Shown here one piece after another: positions 23,324 through 34,261 of a stretch of DNA of 45,472 nt (the stretch's first letter is position 1; every line of letters begins with the position of its first letter). A model generated the notes under the pieces. The model was given only the letters and a program-made list of their open reading frames with translations. It did no database searches and was not told where the DNA came from. Source of the DNA: Callorhinchus milii (Eukaryota); the NCBI RefSeq assembly GCF_018977255.1, contig NW_024705428.1, positions 1 to 45,472 of the forward strand, read 5' to 3'. Made by a program: the position numbers and the translations under genes.

Positions 23324-23580
23324 CACACAACATTTATACACACAACATTTATACACACAACATTTATACACACAACATTTATACACACAACATTTATACA
23401 CACAACATTTATACACACAACATTTATACACACAACATGTATACACACAACATTTATACACACAACATGTATACACACAACATGTATACACACAACATTT
23501 ATACACACAACATGTATACACACAACATTTATACACACAACATTTATACACACAACATTTATACACACAACATTTATACA
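23324..23580 (+). repeat. 15-bp minisatellite (ACACAACATTTATAC) x17
   Basis: Direct inspection. Confidence 0.97.
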
Positions 23581-23658
23581 TACCTAGTTGAAAAACCCGC
23601 CTTTTCTGCGTGTCTCTCCGTGTGATGATGGACGCTTCTGTCAGCTGATGGGAGCTTC

Positions 23659-23791
23659 TGGAAGTCTCTAGAAGTCACTAGAATTCGCTGGAAGTCTCTA
23701 GAAGTCACTAAAAGTCACTAGAAGTCTCTAGAAGTCACTAGAAGTCACTAGAATTCGCTGGAAGTCACTAGAAGTCGCTAGAATTCGCTGG
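23659..23791 (+). repeat. 10-bp tandem repeat (GAAGTCACTA)n
   Basis: Direct inspection. Confidence 0.9.
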
Positions 23792-23832
23792 GAGCTACAA
23801 TAAGATGCGTCACCTTGAATCGAAATGTTGAG

Positions 23833-24200
23833 AAAATGGCGGAACGCGTCACCTGGCTTCACACAAAGATGGAGCCCCGCCCACCCACTCAGCCAATCAG
23901 CAGCCCCCTCTCACACACCCACGCCTCAGCCAATCAGCAACCGTCTTACTCAGCCACTCAGCCAATCAGCAACCTTCCTCTCACACACCCACGCCTCGGC
24001 CAATCAGCGACCGTCTTACTCAGCCACTCAGCCGATCAGCAACGCCTCACACACCCACGCCTCGGCCAATCAGCAATCGGCTCACTCAGCCACTCAGCCA
24101 ATCAGCAATCGTCTTACTCACACACCCACGCCTCAGCCAATCAGCAACGCCTCACACACCCACGCTTCAGCCAATCAGCAACCGTCTTACTCAGCCACTC
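23833..24200. promoter_or_regulatory. Candidate promoter: YY1 motif plus an array of eight CCAAT boxes
   Basis: AAAATGGCGG at ~23833; GCCAATCAGC repeated with ~32-39-bp spacing; minus-strand donor TAG/GTATGT at 23584 could end a non-coding first exon. Confidence 0.5.
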
Positions 24201-24439
24201 AGTCGTCCAGCTCCCCCCACCAAACGCTTGGATTACGTACAGTGCCGAGTCTCTCTCTCTGTGTGTGTCTCTGTGTGTGTCTCTCTCTCTGTGTGTGTCT
24301 CTGTGTGTGTCTCTCTCTCTGTGTGTCTCTGTGTGTGTCTCTCTCTCTGTGTGTCTCTGTCTGTGTCTCTCTGTCTGTGTCTCTCTGTGTGTCTGTGTGT
24401 GTCTCTCTCTCTGTGTGTGTCTCTCTCTGTGTGTCTCGC

Positions 24440-24858
24440 AGAAGAGAAATAATAAAATAATAAAAATACAACATAAAGTCGCGTAGAAGAGAAATAATAA
24501 AATAATAAATTATTTTTACATAAAATCGTGTACAAGAGAAATAATACAATAATAGAAATAAAACATAAAGTCACGTAGAAGGGAAATAATAAAGTTATAA
24601 AAATACAACATAAAGTCGCGTGTAAGAGAAATAATAAAATAATACAAAAAATACACGTAAAGTCGCGTAGAAGGGAAATATTAAAATAATTAAAATAAAA
24701 CATAAAGTCGCGTACAAGGGAAATGATAAAATAGTAACAATTAAACATAAAGTCGCATGGAAGGGAAATAATAAAATAATAATTCACCATAAAGGCACGT
24801 AGAAGGGAAATAGTAAAATAATAACAATTAAACAAAGTCGCATAGGAGGGAAATAATC
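24440..24858 (-). repeat. Tandem array (~7 copies, 45-57 bp) of the pLTR-tail motif
   Basis: AAAGTCGCGTAGAAGGGAAATAATAAAAT repeated. Confidence 0.85.
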
Positions 24859-25761
24859 TATATATATAAAATCGTGCATGTCTGTCTGTCTGTGTGTGTG
24901 TGTGGATTTCGGACCATACGCACTTTCATTGGACGGCGGTTGCCCCTGGCAACAGCTAGCGACGCCTTCGCCGCTTTCATTGGACCTGGCAACGGCTAGC
25001 GACGCCTTCGCCAAGGGCTGCAGTTTCATTGGACGGCAGTTGCCCCTGCCAACGGCTAGCCACGCCTTCGCCACTTTCATAGGCTCTGTAAATAATTAAA
25101 TAATAGCCATTACACAGTATTGTTGGAGCGCTGAGGGGGGTGGGGGAAGGCACGCCACCCGTACCCTGCCTTTGCCGGCTGGACAATTTTGGCGAGGCCG
25201 CAGGCTCTGCACGCTACTAGGCCTCGACACCCACCACGCCACTCTGAGGTAAATTCATCAAAGTTTTTCCTACTATTCACTCCACCCCCACCACAATGTG
25301 TGCAATTTATATTACTTTTAAACCCAACGCGCCAACAATCGATTACTTAAATGTTCACTGTACAAATAGTCATTAAGCTGGGTCAGCGTACTGCCAGTCT
25401 ATCATGTAGACTGTAGCCTGCTTATTAAACTCGGTGAGCGTACTGCCACTCTATCATGTACACTCTAGCCTGCTTATGAAGCTGAGTGCGTGTACTGCCA
25501 GTCTATAATGTGGACTGTAGCCTGGTTATTATAATCGATTCTTTATATGTTCTTTGTACAAATAGTCATTAAGCTGGTTGAGCGACCCCAGTTCCATTCC
25601 AACTCACGCCCACCACCGCTGACGATTATTTGAAACGGACCTGGGCCTCCCCTAGGTCGACTCAGCCTCAAACGCGTAACTGCTGTCGTGTGTGAACATC
25701 GTCACTGGGGAGACAAAGGCGGCCGGCCATCGTGGATCCAAGTCCCGGGCGAAGCCGGGTC

Positions 25762-26144
25762 ATGTGTATGTGTGTATGTGTTTATGTGTATGTCTGTGTG
25801 TCTCTATGTATGTGTGTATGTATGTGTGTGTATGTGTTTGTGTGTATGTGTGTGTGTATGTATGTCGGTTTTTTTGTATGTCTTTATGTGTATGTCTGCG
25901 TGTCTGTATGTATGTGTGTATGTACGTGTGTGCATGTGTTTGTGTGCATGTATGTGTGTGTATGTATGTGTGTGTATGTGTTTCTGTGTATGTATGCGTG
26001 TGTACGTATGTGTGTTATGTGTGTGTCTGTGTGTCTGCATGTATGTGTGTGTGTATTGTGTATGTGTTTGTGTGTATGTATGTGTGTGTTTGTGTGTATG
26101 TGTTTGTCTCTGTGTATGTATGTGTGTATGTATGTGTGTGTATG
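25762..26144 (+). repeat. (TG)n/(TATG)n microsatellite; insertion site of element B
   Basis: Direct inspection. Confidence 0.95.
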
Positions 26145-27365
26145 TGTGATGCCGCCGCCACGAAGCCGTTCGGCAGGCGCCAAATCTCCGACCTCGCCAC
26201 CACCAAGCAACGGAGCCGACCCCTTGTCTCCCTCACCTCACCTCACATGAACACACCCGCACTCATTTCCCCCCCCCCCATAGAGCTCCGAGGGGAGGTC
26301 GCCTGGCCGACCGGTTTTTATCCAAGAAACCCTTATCGGGATCAACTCTCACGGTTTCCGGCGATCAGGGAATTGGATGACCTCCCCCGTGCTACGTTGC
26401 GCCGCGGCGCTGCGACCGGCCTTAATATGGTGTGGTCGCGGGGCATTCGGCCACCGTGGTTGAGGCGCATTTCCCCCCACACACGCCAGTATCGACGGGG
26501 CAGGCAGAGGGAATAAGCATTGTGATGGAGGAGCATCATTAGAAAACACGCAGCGCATCTGAACTGCATAATCAGGCACCCCCGCACCGGCAGCGGAGGG
26601 ACGGCATAATTACGCTTGAGCGCGCAGGCCCCATTGTTAGGAAGGGTAAGGGAGTAATTAGGATGTACGCCGCCAACGCCGCTCACTGATTAGCAGATCA
26701 AAAGCGCCCGGAACCGCCGTGCGCGGGCTCGGGGTGCACGAGCCCATTGTTCAGCGCAGCATCCCCTTTGAGGTAGGGAGGATAAATAGAGGAGCGCAGA
26801 GGGGAAATCGCTCTCTTCTCTCCAGGCCAGCGGATCAACAGCAGCTCCAGCCAGCGACCCGGACGTCCGTGAGACGCATCGAGGTACGTTGTTAGCGCAG
26901 GGAGCAGCGAACCTCCGCGGGCGCCAAACAGTGAGTGGGGAGGTGAAGTAGGATAATAGCCGATAAATAGGGAATAGGTGCCGGTTTAGTGGAATAGGCC
27001 AGCCTCGTCGACTCACTGATTGAACATTAGTTACCAGGTAATAAATCATTAATAGCGAAGCGTGGTCTCGCGTGATCTTGTCGTGCAGTGTGAGCGTATG
27101 GGAACGCGTGTGGTACTGTGTGTGCGTAAGCTCGCGGCGTGCGTAATCGGCGTACCCCAGGTGCGCGATCATAACGTAAGCGGCCAGCAGGCGGCGAGCG
27201 CTGCGCAGAGCGGCGCAAGAGTGGGTATCGCGTGTGGAGCTGTATGCGTGTGTGCGCGCACGTTCACTACGTGTATAATACAGGTGCGCGATCCTAACGT
27301 GAGGGGTCTGTATTGAGTGAGTGCCGCGCAGAGCTGTGTGTGGGTGTGCGCGTACGTAATTAACC

Positions 27366-28651
27366 ATGCCTATTACGCGGACCCGCGGGGGAGGGGAATC
27401 CTCGAGCGACGGCTCTCACCCCATGGGTGAAGAACCCAACAGCGGTTCGCCTAGTAGCGAGGGGGCGAGTAATGAGGTTAATAATGAGGTTAACACGGCC
27501 GTTAGCGGTACAGAGGGAGGGATCTCGGGGGCCAGCGACCCTCACAAATTGGTGTCAGAAGCGGTACGGACCCCCCCGTTACCTCACGCTAAAATAAGAC
27601 TAATATTTACCGGCCGGGGGGCCCCTTCGTGGAAGGCATTCGCCCGCAATCTCTTAGGGGCCAAGGAAATTAATGGATGGACGGACGCGCAGGCAGTACG
27701 TCAACTTAATATGAATCTTGATGGGCGGGCAGCCGATTTTGTAGAAGCGTTACCCGCGAGCGCACAGACACAGCTAGAGGAGCTGATGCGCCGACTCGAT
27801 CAGCGTTTTGGCACGCATGACGAGGAGGAAGCAAAATCGGCCTTAGAGGCGCGCCGTCGCCAACCTGGCGAAGATCTACGTGATTACGCCGAGGATGTGC
27901 GCGAGTTAACAAAGATCGCACGCCCGGGGTACGCAACTGATGTTATTGAGGAACTGGCCGCCGAGAAAATCCAGCGGTACCTGTCTCGCACGGCGTGGTG
28001 GCAGCCAGACATGAGCTGCCCACGTCTTCCCTTTAACGCCCTTGTCGAGCGCGCACGTAAGTGTGAAAGAATTCACAGCGAACGCGCGCAGCTCCGGGGG
28101 CTGGGACGAGAGCGCGCCATTGCGAGCCTGCTCTCGGAAGACGAGGAGGAGGAACAGGAGCTCGCGAGGACGGTAAGGGGCCGGGAAAGAGAGCCACAGA
28201 GACCCAGCGAGACGACCCCGGGTGGGTAGCCGGGTTACAGACCGGCATTGGAGATATTGCTGGCCGGGTAGACCGAATGGACGGTAAGGTAACCCACGTA
28301 GGTGAGAGGGTAACCCAGGTACGCGAGGAAACGAATAAAAATATGACCCAACTGCAATCCTCCGTTGAGACCATCCGATCCGAGATGGGGGAACTAGACT
28401 CCACGGTAGGAGGGCTAACTGGAAGGATAGCGCGACTAGAAGCAGAGTATGAGCAGCAGCGCACTGGGGGAGGAGGGAGTGGGCAGAGAGCCCACTACGG
28501 AGCCGCCACCCCTCCCCGGACGTGTTATGTTTGCGATCGGCGAGGGCATCTCAGGAGGGACTGTCCTCAGGTCGCCCGAGCTAGACAAGAGCTAAGGTCA
28601 AACACTAAGGCCCCCCTAGAGAGGGGACCACCGGGGGTGAAATCGACGTAG
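27366..28651 (+). pseudogene. gag: Gypsy gag (capsid-like, coiled coil, CCHC knuckle), frameshift near 28200
   Basis: ORF 27366-28229 (W..F..NGW..L.G.A; RRQPGEDL..Y) plus ORF 28277-28651 with CYVCDRRGHLRRDC. Confidence 0.88.
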
Positions 28652-28689
28652 CCCCGACACAAACAAGCTGTGAGAATAATGGCGAGCGA

Positions 28690-31600
28690 GTGATCTCCAC
28701 ACAGGTTCCAGCAACAACGCCCACAGAAACGGTGACTCCTGGCGACTGGCTGCGGGAGCTGGTGGCGGGGATCACGGGGGCCACGTCGCTGGTGGAAGGG
28801 GAGGTAAACGGAGTGCGTACCCGAATCCTGCTGGACACGGGGGCGGTGGCCTCGCTCGTGAGCGCAGCGCACTGCAGCGCGATCGGGGTCGACGTGCGTC
28901 ACCTGCAGGCCCCGGACCGCGCGCTGCACACTGCGAGCGGAGCCGGAATGGGGCTGCTGGGGAGAGCCACCCTAGAGGTCCGCATAGGCAGCCAGGTGTG
29001 CACGCAGGAGTTCTACGTGTCGAGTGCGTTGTGTCACGAGTGTATCGCAGGCACCGACCTCCTAGAACGGTTGGGACTCAACGTGCAACCCCGCCAGCGA
29101 TGCGCCACCATGGAGAGCAACGGCGAGCGGATACCGTTCCTGGGACGAGAACCAACGCGCCTCCGCTTTGCACCTGTGGCCGCTATCCTGGCGACGGCAG
29201 TCACCATCGGCCCGCTCACCGAGATGCTGGTGCCGGTGGCAACATCCCCCACCGACCCCGCGCTCCGACCATCAGGGGAGGTAATGCTAACTCCTCACCC
29301 GGAGTTGGCAAAACGGTATGGGGTTGTGGGATCCGCCACGTTGGTAAACGCAGATGGGGACCGATTGTTTATGCGGATGTTTAACCCCCACAATACCCCA
29401 GCGATACTGCGACGGCGCACCCCGATAGCCACAGTACACCCCCTGCACGCACGCCACTCTAACGACTCGGTGTTCGCACTCTGGGCTGAGGACCCCGGTC
29501 GTCCTGAGGGTGAGCAGGACCTGGCCTGGCGAGTCGGCCCGACTCCCCGAGCCGAGGTCGTTCCCCTGCTCGACGCGTTACATGTACCATGGGCGGATTT
29601 ACCTAAGGGAGAGGCCGATCGGCTGCGCGAGTTACTGCGGGAGTATGCCGACGTGTTCAGCGAACACGACTCGGACGTGGGTCGGACCGACCTTGTTAAG
29701 CACCAAATTGACACCGGTGCAGCCCGACCCATCAAACTCCCTGCGTACCGAGTGGGCGCACCCGAACGCACCCAGATCAAAGAGGCGGTTGGGGACATGC
29801 TTCGCGATAACATAATTCAGCCCTCGGCGAGCCCCTGGTCAGCCCCGGTGGTACTAGTAACGAAAAAGGATGGGTCAACCCGGTTCTGCGTCGATTACCG
29901 TAAACTGAACGCAGTCACGCTCGGCGATGCCTTCCCCATACCCCGCATCGACGACACCTTCGACAGCCTCGCCGGAGCGCGATATTTTTCCACCCTCGAT
30001 CTCGCGTCCGGGTACTGGCAGGTGGAGATGGCGGAGGAGGATCGGCCGAAAACCGCATTCACCACCCCGATGGGCTATTCGAGTTTCGAGTACTCCCGTT
30101 CGGACTCACCAATGCGCCCGCGACGTTCCAGCGGCTGATGGAGTTGGTGATGCGGGGCTTGCAATGGGAACAGTGCCTGATTTACTTGGACGATGTGATA
30201 GTGTTCAGTAGATCTTTGTCTGAGCATTGGTCCAGGCTTCGAGAGGTGTTCCAGCGACTGCGAGCGGCTCATCTCAAGCTCAAGCCACGTAAGTGTTACA
30301 TCGCACAACGCGAGGTGGGGTACCTCGGGCATCGCGTCAGCGAGGCAGGCGTGCGCACCGATCCGGAGAAGGTACGCGCCGTAGTGGAGTGGCCACGGCC
30401 AAGGAATCTGACGGAGATCAGATCATTTTTGGGGCTCGCCACCTATTATCGTCGATTTGTAAAGGGATTCAGCGAGATTGCACGCCCCCTCACCCAACTC
30501 ACCTCCCCTAAGCACCCCTATCAGTGGACGGGGGCCTGCCAGACGGCCTTCACCACTCTCAAAGACCACCTCACCCACGCCCCCACCCTCGCTTTCCCCG
30601 ATTTTACCACCGATTTTATTTTGGACACCGACGCCTGCAGCAGCGGGCTGGGCGCGGTGTTGTCACAGGTACAGGATGGGACGGAACGAGTCATCGCGTA
30701 CGCCAGCCGGACCTTGAGTGGGGCCGAGCTGAACTATTGCGTGACCCGCCAAGAGTTGTACGCCGTGATTTTCGCATGCAAACAGTTCCGGCCGTATTTG
30801 TACGGCAGGAGATGTCGCGTACGCACTGACCATTATGCTCTGCAGTTTCTTCTTACATTCAAGGAGCCGCGGGGGCAGATGGCCCGGTGGTTGGCGCAGT
30901 TGCAGGAGTACAACCTGCAAATCGAGTATCGGGCTGGCCGGACGCATGCAAACGCGGACGCCTTGTCGAGGCGACCCACGGTGTACGCCGAGACGAGGGC
31001 GGAGGAGGCCTGCCCGTGTTTCACGGGGGGACGCTGCCGGCAGGCAACGGACCCCCGAGAGGCCGCGGCCACTGACCCCCCCCAGCGAGAGAGAGTGCAG
31101 TGTGCGCCACAGAGACCCTCACAGGTGGCACTGAGGATCCCGTCGACCGCCCGGCAAGCGCGGGACCCGCGGCTCGGGACCCGATCGGACGGATCCAGGA
31201 GGACGTCGGCTGCGCCTTCCCGGGCCTAAACGACGAGCAGCTGAGACAGACCCAGCAGCGAGATCCGGATCTGGCGGCAGTGGAGGCGGCACTGCGGGAG
31301 GAAAAGAGCGCCCTACCAGGACCCTGGAGCGGTTTGTATGCCCGGTTGTGTGTGCAGAACGGAGTGGTACGGGAGTTAACCGAGGCCGGCCAGCCGGGGT
31401 GCATCTGTGTTCCTGCCCAGGTGCGACCCCAGCTGCTACGGCTGGTGCATGACCACCCACTCGGGGGCCACGATGGGGAACGACGCACTCGAGAGACCCT
31501 GCGTCGCCAGTATCTCTGGCCCAAATTGGCACAAGACGTGGCGGCCTGGGTACAGGGCTGCCGCGCCTGTCAGCAGTGCGGGCCGAAACCGGCACGATAC

Positions 31601-32640
31601 CAGGTACCCCTAAGGCCGTTCCGCGTCAGCCGCACGAATCAGCTGGTCGGGATCGATCTACAGGGGCCATTCCCACGATCCCATCGAGGCAACCGGTATA
31701 TTCTAGTCGCAGTAGAGTATTTCACCCGCTACCCCGTGGCAGTGGCCATCCCTGATAAAACGGCCTTGGTGGTGGCCCGGGCATTCGTGGAACATTACGT
31801 ACTCAAGCACGGGATCCCAGAACGAGTCCTCACCGACCAGGGTAGCGAGTTCGAGGCCGAGCTGTTCCAGGCACTGTGCCGAGAATTCGGAATCCAGAAG
31901 GACCGAACCACAGCGTACCACCCCCAGGCGAACGGTATGGTATAGCGCATGAATCAGACCCTAGCGGGGAAACTCAAACGTATGGCGGCCGCAAATCAAC
32001 GGGATTGGGACGAACACCTCCCCTACGCCCTTTTCGCCTACGCCACCACCGTACACACGTCGACGGGACAAACCCCGTTTTTAATGATGTTCGGCCGTGA
32101 GTCTCGTTTACCCGCAGATCTGCTATTCGGCGTCCCTTCCCCCCAGCCGGAGGAGGGAAGCCGCCCCGTGGAACACCTGTTGGAGACCCTGCGAGAAGCC
32201 CGAGGCCGAGCATACCCGCAAGGGGAAGCCGCGCATCGGCGGCAGGAACAGGGCACCCGACCCCGCATGGAACCCCCCTTATTCCTGACAGGCGCTAAGG
32301 TGTGGCTACACACCCCTCGCGTCGGGGCCGGGCAGGTGGGGAAACTGACGACCTACTGGCGGGGACCCTGGACCGTGGTGCGGCAGATCTCCCCCTGGAC
32401 GGTACTAATTATGGCGGGGAGAGGGGTCGAGAGACGGTGGTCAACGTCCGCCGCTTAAAACCATGGAAAGCGGCCCCGGCGAGAGAGAACCCTGTCACCC
32501 GAAGGCCCCGAAATCCCGGGGTACCCGCACCCCTCGTGTTGGGGGCCTCGCACACTACATGGGCCCCGCCGGGCCCCCGAGACACCCCGATCCAGTCAGG
32601 AGACGACGAGGACGACGGCCCTAAACCCTTCTGCTGCTGA
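28690..32640 (+). pseudogene. pol: Gypsy pol: protease, RT, RNase H, integrase; frameshifts near 30075, 31090 and 32420, nonsense codon at 31943
   Basis: LLDTGA; YLDDVIVF; LDTDAC..GLGAVLSQ; TDHYAL; NADALSR; H..GH..CRAC; GIDLQGP, TDQGSEF, HPQANGMV*RMN; WRGPW. Confidence 0.95.
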
Positions 32641-33275
32641 GTTTGTGCCCCAGCCCGCAGGTACCGAGGGACAGGGAGAGCCGCTGGAGTGGAGGAGGAG
32701 GCCGCCGCAGGAGCTACAGAGGACGGAGCCACCCGCCCCGAGACCAGCCACGAGGTCCGGACGGATCCCCCGGACCCCGCAGCGTTTCCTCGTGGGCGCG
32801 GCCCAAGCGAGGTGCTCCAGTCAACCCGGGACGGGGACTGGCACCTCGGGGGGCTATGTGATGTCGCCACCACGAAGCCGTTCAGCAGGCGCCCCATCTA
32901 CGACCTCGCCACCACCAAGCGACGGAGCCGACCCCGCGGCCCCCCTCACCTCACCTCACATGAACACACCCGCACGCATCCCCCCCCCCCCCCCCCCCCC
33001 CCCCCCCCAGGGGAGGTTTTTATCCGAGAAACCCTTATTGGGATTAACTTTCACGGTTTCCGGAGACCAGAGAGGCGACTCGGACGCATAGTGCGCAATT
33101 GATGGGGCAGGTGGTGGAGACATGCGGAGGCTCCGCGCTTAACTTCCACAGTAGGCCGTGGTGATGGACGCCACTGCAAAATGCGCAAGACCACGGCGCG
33201 ATGCATGAGAAAGGGTTTAATTAGAATAAACGCCGCAACACGCAGCACATCCGATTAGCATATCAAAGGCATAAT

Positions 33276-34231
33276 ACAACTTGATTTCCAAATTCAACCG
33301 CCTCTCAACCAAAAAACGGGACCCACACATTAAAAAGCTAGATGTTAATAAAGTCGTAATTAATCGCAGTAACAGTTCTATTTCTGAAGGTCTGAAATCC
33401 GTTTTAGCTAAAGGACTAAACTTTGCAGTCACACCTAGACACATACCAGTTAATGATATAATTGCTCGAGTAGATGTAGCTCTCAAGGGCCTGAGTCACA
33501 TCGCTGCAGACGTAGCAAGATCTGAAATCTTTGCAAGTCTCAAAAACGCTAAGATGCCAGCTAGCAACATCAGCAAAGATGAGCGTTTTGAATTAGATCA
33601 ATTAAAAAAGAGGGATGACATTGTCATCCTCTCAGCCGACAAAGGCAATGCCACTGTCATCATGGACAAAACAGAATACAACTACAAAATCCAAGAACTA
33701 CTCAACGATGGCAGCTATACAAAAATAAAAAAGAGACCCCACCAACAGCCTCGTCTCTAAAACCAAGCAAATCATTTCTGACTCAACCGCATTAATTGAT
33801 CAGACCAAACAGTTCTCGTTGAAACCTTCTGCAGCCAGGCCACCAAGATTATACGGCTTGCCAAAGATACATAAAGAAGATACACCTCTTCGTGCCATTG
33901 TCTCTACTATCAACTCCCCCACCTATAAACTGGCTTGTTTTTTGTCTGAAATCCTACGGCCTTTCACTGGAAAAACCACCTCTGCGGTACTAAACTCTGC
34001 TGACCTGGTATCGACAATCAAGGGGATTGCCCTGTCCCCAGACGACCTGCTTGTCAGTTTTGATGTGGTTTCCTTATTCACCAAAGTTCCTGTACCTGAC
34101 ACCATCGCAATCATTGAAGACTTGGTTCATCAAGGACTGAATGCTGGGGTACCCCCCTGGTGAGACACTGCTTAACCAATACATACTTCACCTGGAATGG
34201 AACTTTCTACAAGCAAATTGAGGGCACCCCA
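33276..34231 (+). mobile_element. Penelope-like element reverse transcriptase fragment (5'-truncated, frameshifted, cut by the gap)
   Basis: VLAKGLNFAVTP, DDIVILSADKGNATVIMD, PPRLYGLPKIHK, LRAIVS..SPTYKLA, LVSFDVVSLFTKVP, and after a frameshift CLTNTYFTWNGTFYKQIEGTP; all typical PLE RT motifs. Confidence 0.93.
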
Positions 34232-34261
34232 NNNNNNNNNNNNNNNNNNNNNNNNNNNNNN
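34232..34261. other. Assembly gap (30 N)
   Basis: Run of N. Confidence 1.

Larger units (their letters stand above)
26145..33275 (+). mobile_element. Ty3/Gypsy LTR retrotransposon B, near full length (5' LTR 26145-27546, PBS 27550-27564, gag, pol, PPT, truncated 3' LTR from 32857)
   Basis: LTR starts TGTGATGCCGCCGCCACGAAGCCG / TGTGATGTCGCCACCACGAAGCCG; PBS TGGTGTCAGAAGCGG after ..CTCACA; G-run before the 3' LTR; domain order PR-RT-RH-IN. Confidence 0.96.
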
